From: Candidatus Micrarchaeota archaeon
Lineage (GTDB): Archaea > Micrarchaeota > Micrarchaeia > Micrarchaeales > Micrarchaeaceae
Length of the DNA stretch: 28,952 bases
Assembly: GCA_021812025.1 (NCBI GenBank)
Contig: JAKAPD010000001.1
Location: 1-28,952 of the forward strand
Direction of reading: 5' to 3'
Below, in pieces: positions 25,773-28,952 of this stretch. The notes under the pieces were generated by a model. It had not been told where the DNA came from. It did no database searches and was given only the letters and a program-made list of their open reading frames with translations. The number at the start of each line of letters is the position of its first letter. Within the stretch, counting starts at the first letter, position 1. The translations under genes were made by a program, and so were the position numbers.

Positions 25773-26318
25773 ATGTCTAAACTCAGACCCGCAAGGACGA
25801 TGAGGAACCCGAACTCACAGGCATGGGCAAGGTACTCTCTGAGAAAGCCGAAGAAGAACTACATAAGGGCTCTTCCACACATAGCTATAGAAGTCTTCAA
25901 GAGCGGCACAAGGGTGGGCGGCTACGATTCGGCGGTTTCCCTGCTATCAGAGCAGCCCATACAGCTTAGGTCAAATGCGATAGAAGCCGCGAGGAAAGTG
26001 GCGAACAAGCACATGGAGAACGCTTTGCAATTAGACTACTACATGAGGCTTTGCGTCTACCCGCATAATGTAATAAGAGAGCACAAGGTCATGGCCGGCG
26101 CAGGTGCAGACCGTCTATCTAGAGGCATGCACATGGTGTTCGGAAGGCCGACCTCTGTGGCTGCAAGGCTTCAGACAGGCCAAAAGCTCTTCGAGATACA
26201 TGTTTCCAAGAACAACATACCGGTAGCGAAAGCTGCGCTGAAAAAGGCAATCTCGAAGCTTTCGGGCAACTACAAGATAAGGGCCGAGGAGATGGCTGCC
26301 AGCAAGACCGCATCATAA
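25773..26318 (+). CDS. rpl10e: 50S ribosomal protein uL16 (L10e)
   Basis: QLRSNAIEAAR, VYPH.V.REHK, GADRLS.GM..FG.P and KA..KL motifs. Confidence 0.95.
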   Translation: MSKLRPARTMRNPNSQAWARYSLRKPKKNYIRALPHIAIEVFKSGTRVGGYDSAVSLLSEQPIQLRSNAIEAARKVANKHMENALQLDYYMRLCVYPHNVIREHKVMAGAGADRLSRGMHMVFGRPTSVAARLQTGQKLFEIHVSKNNIPVAKAALKKAISKLSGNYKIRAEEMAASKTAS

Positions 26319-26342
26319 GCGCCCGCTACTTTTGTGAAGAAG

Positions 26343-27266
26343 ATGAAAATACTGCTGCAGTTCCCTGAGGGCTTGAAGCAAGAGGCGCTAAAGCACGCGA
26401 AGGAACTCGAAAAAGATGGCCACGAAGTATTCATATCCGCATCGCCCACCTTCGGGGCCTGCGACCTTGCGCTTGACGAGGCAAGGGGCATAAAAGCCGA
26501 CAAGCTCATACACTTCGGCCATGCGGAATTCCACAACGTGGATTTCCCAGTGGAGTACGTCCATTACCCTATAGATGCACCTCTGTGCCTTTTGGAAAGC
26601 TCGCTTGAGCAGCTCAAGCCCTACAGGACAATCTCTATAGTCACAACCGTACAGCACATACACCAGCTCGATAATATCAGAAAGTTCTACGAAGAGAACG
26701 GGAAAAATGTCATAATAGGCAAGCCGTTCGGCTTTGCGAAGGCCCCCGGGCAGATACTCGGCTGCGACATAGGCAGCGCCGCATCGGTAGACAAGGAAGT
26801 CGATGCACATGTGTATTTCGGGGGCGGAATGTTCCATCCGCTGGGCGCCCTTCTCCAGACATCAAAACCGTTCTTTGCGATAGAGCCGTTTGAGAACAAG
26901 ATGGCGAGAATCGATGGGCTTAGAGACACCTACAAGAAGAGGAGCAGGGGAAAGATAATGGGCTCTCTCGAAGCCAGAAACTTCGGCATTCTCGTAAGCA
27001 CGAAGAACGGCCAGCACAATATGAACCTTGCAAAAGTGCTGAAGAAGAAGATTGAGGGCCAGGGGCTCAACGCGGAAATACTCGTAGCGAACACATTCGA
27101 TTTCGATTCGATAAACAACATGCTCGAGTTCGACGCCCTTGTGAATACCGCATGCCCCAGAATAGGCATAGACGACATAGACAGAACAAGGAAGCCGCTG
27201 CTGAGTGCGAACGAGCTCATGGAAGTATTGAGGATAAAGGCGGAACTGATCCTAAGCAAGAAGTAA
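26343..27266 (+). CDS. dph2: Diphthamide biosynthesis Fe-S enzyme Dph2
   Basis: LQFPEGLK, GACD, HFGH, QILGCD and TACPRI give three separated Cys ligands; located next to rpl10e. Confidence 0.95.
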   Translation: MKILLQFPEGLKQEALKHAKELEKDGHEVFISASPTFGACDLALDEARGIKADKLIHFGHAEFHNVDFPVEYVHYPIDAPLCLLESSLEQLKPYRTISIVTTVQHIHQLDNIRKFYEENGKNVIIGKPFGFAKAPGQILGCDIGSAASVDKEVDAHVYFGGGMFHPLGALLQTSKPFFAIEPFENKMARIDGLRDTYKKRSRGKIMGSLEARNFGILVSTKNGQHNMNLAKVLKKKIEGQGLNAEILVANTFDFDSINNMLEFDALVNTACPRIGIDDIDRTRKPLLSANELMEVLRIKAELILSKK

Positions 27267-27270
27267 AATC

Positions 27271-27302
27271 AAAAAGAAGAAGAAAGAAAAAATAAAAGAA
27301 AA
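27271..27302 (-). terminator. Long U-rich tract after the pilin-like gene
   Basis: The plus strand is almost pure A/G, so the minus strand reads TTTTCTTTTATTTTTTCTTTCTTCTTCTTTTT just downstream of the stop at 27313; archaeal oligo-U terminator pattern. Confidence 0.55.
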
Positions 27303-27312
27303 GGTTTCGCGC

Positions 27313-27849
27313 TTACGAAACCTTTACCGTGAATGTCGCTACCGGGTTGACCACATTGGCTCCATTCGACTGGTATCTGAGCCAGAGCTTTCCTGAGAAC
27401 GGCGTTCCAATCGGATATGGACTTATTGTGTTCGGCGGGAATCCTGCGCACGTCAATGATGTAGTCACAGTCAATCCAGAGCCCAAGGTTCCGACGGACT
27501 GGTTTACTCCAGCTGAGTTCAACACATAATTTGTCCCTGCCGGCGGGTTTATGAATCCGCTTGTGGCATCTGGCACCGTCGTCTGGTTTCCGCACTCAAG
27601 ATATGCATTGTTTATGGTGCTACCCTGGTTCTGACCGAACGATATAGTGAGTATCCCGTTCGAGTTCAGCACTGGCGTCGAGCAGCTTATGCCCGCGCTT
27701 GGCAAACACTGGTTGCCCAATAGGTTGGATCCGCTGAAGCCTATTATAATGAAGATAATCGCCAGAACGACGGTTATCATCAAAATGGCCCAACCATATG
27801 TCATCAAATATTCCATGGCGCTTTGCGCATTAGATCGGTTAGTTACCAA
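27313..27849 (-). CDS. Class III signal peptide, type IV pilin-like surface protein
   Basis: A|QSAMEYLMTYGWAIL with Glu at +5 and a hydrophobic helix, then a beta-rich Ser/Thr/Asn/Gly domain with Cys residues; TTG 27849 is preceded by GGTGA. Confidence 0.85.
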   Translation of the reverse strand: MVTNRSNAQSAMEYLMTYGWAILMITVVLAIIFIIIGFSGSNLLGNQCLPSAGISCSTPVLNSNGILTISFGQNQGSTINNAYLECGNQTTVPDATSGFINPPAGTNYVLNSAGVNQSVGTLGSGLTVTTSLTCAGFPPNTISPYPIGTPFSGKLWLRYQSNGANVVNPVATFTVKVS

Positions 27850-28005
27850 ACCATCACCTTCGTTAGAGCATGGAAAGATAAGCATTTAAATCTTATTGCT
27901 GTGCGAAATTAATTTATCCTAAGAGGAAAACGAAAAAACCACACACAGTAACAGATTTTCCCATTAGTATTAAAAGTCTGACCATAGATGTGTAAGTGTG
28001 ATTAT

Positions 28006-28952
28006 ATGGCGGAGGAGCTTAATCCATTTAAGATAGCGCAGGAGCAGCTCGATGAGGCTGCTGCTGTTATGAAGCTTGACAAGGATGCACATCAGATACT
28101 GAGGGAGCCCATGCGCACCATAATAACCAACATGCCCGTGCGCATGAGCAACGGGAAAGTAAAGACTTTCACCGCATTCCGTGTCCAGTACAACGACGCA
28201 AGGGGACCGTGCAAGGGGGGCATAAGGTTCCATCCGCAGGAGAATCTTGATACCGTAAAGGCGCTTTCCGCATGGATGACATGGAAGACGAGCCTCGCGA
28301 ACATACCTTTCGGCGGCGGAAAGGGCGGAGTCGTCTGCGATACTAAGAGCATGAGCGAGAGGGATCTCGAAGCGGTTTCAAGAGCCTATGCTAGAACTTT
28401 CGCGAAGTTCATAGGCCCAGACATAGACGTGCCTGCCCCGGACGTATACACAACACCGCAGGTAATGGCATGGATGATGGATGAATACAGCAGGATAGTT
28501 GGCCATAATGAATTCGGGGTCATAACGGGGAAGCCGCTGGAGGTGTGGGGTTCAGAAGGAAGGAGCGACTCAACCGCTATGGGTGGCATATTCGTGCTAA
28601 GGGAAGCCGTCAAAACGATGAAGATGAACCCAAAGAAGATAAAGATAGCTGTTCAAGGCTTTGGGAACGCAGGAATGTATGCCTATACTCTTTCACAAAA
28701 AATACTCGGCGCGACGGTTGTTGCCATTAGCGATTCCGAAGGCGGGACTTACGACAAGAACGGATTGAACCTAGAACAGCTGGCAGATGCGAAGAAGAAA
28801 ACAGGTAGTGTTATGGGCTACAAAAAAGGCGAGAAGATAACGAACGAAGAGCTGCTCGCACTGGACGTCGATGTGCTGATTCCGGCCGCAATCGAGAACC
28901 AGATAAGGAAAGACAACGCCGGCGGTGTCAATGCAAAGCTGGTGCTAGAGCA
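28006..28952 (+). CDS. gdhA: Glu/Leu/Phe/Val dehydrogenase family, glutamate dehydrogenase; runs off the window (not in the ORF track)
   Basis: Translated by hand from ATG 28006: RGPCKGGIRFHP, MTWK, GGGKGG, DVPAPDV, ITGKP, VQGFGNAG and PAAIEN. Confidence 0.95.
   Translation, partial: MAEELNPFKIAQEQLDEAAAVMKLDKDAHQILREPMRTIITNMPVRMSNGKVKTFTAFRVQYNDARGPCKGGIRFHPQENLDTVKALSAWMTWKTSLANIPFGGGKGGVVCDTKSMSERDLEAVSRAYARTFAKFIGPDIDVPAPDVYTTPQVMAWMMDEYSRIVGHNEFGVITGKPLEVWGSEGRSDSTAMGGIFVLREAVKTMKMNPKKIKIAVQGFGNAGMYAYTLSQKILGATVVAISDSEGGTYDKNGLNLEQLADAKKKTGSVMGYKKGEKITNEELLALDVDVLIPAAIENQIRKDNAGGVNAKLVLE

Noticed and set aside
1-28952. CRISPR array, IS or transposase, integrase, prophage, rRNA, or a recognisable named defence system
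   Set aside because: No regularly spaced repeats, terminal inverted repeats, recombinase motifs or rRNA-like sequence were seen by eye, and nearly all space is taken by identifiable genes.

Overview
Archaeal chromosomal DNA, gene-dense and mostly housekeeping. The small divergent proteins and the QSAMEYLMTYGWAIL-type pilin suggest a DPANN lineage such as Micrarchaeota; that taxonomy is my inference and was not tested. Housekeeping content: the end of the DUF106-rpl34e-cmk-rpl14e cluster, pfdB-DHH, dtdA-lhr, Zn-ribbon-EF1beta, rpl10e-dph2, ftsZ, mre11, rad50 and a partial gdhA. Metabolic and accessory content: a nuoABCD-only complex I-like operon, a divergent Lrp/AsnC-asnA pair with a credible Lrp box, RidA, an FMN reductase, two GNATs, an RNHCP protein, an NDT-fold protein, an APH-family kinase, a stand-alone PurH IMP-cyclohydrolase domain, and a presenilin next to a sequon-rich surface Lon-type protease. 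Not shown in the ORF track but readable in the sequence: a frameshifted HIT pseudogene (about 15326-15576), a decayed tRNA-Glu(TTC)-like element (about 23842-23916), two small Zn-finger genes (16058-16201, 19177-19347), gdhA, and several palindromes. mre11 and rad50 lie about 18.5 kb apart in opposite orientation, consistent with one inversion. I saw no CRISPR array, transposase, integrase or rRNA. All family calls come from motif recognition by eye; no database search was run.
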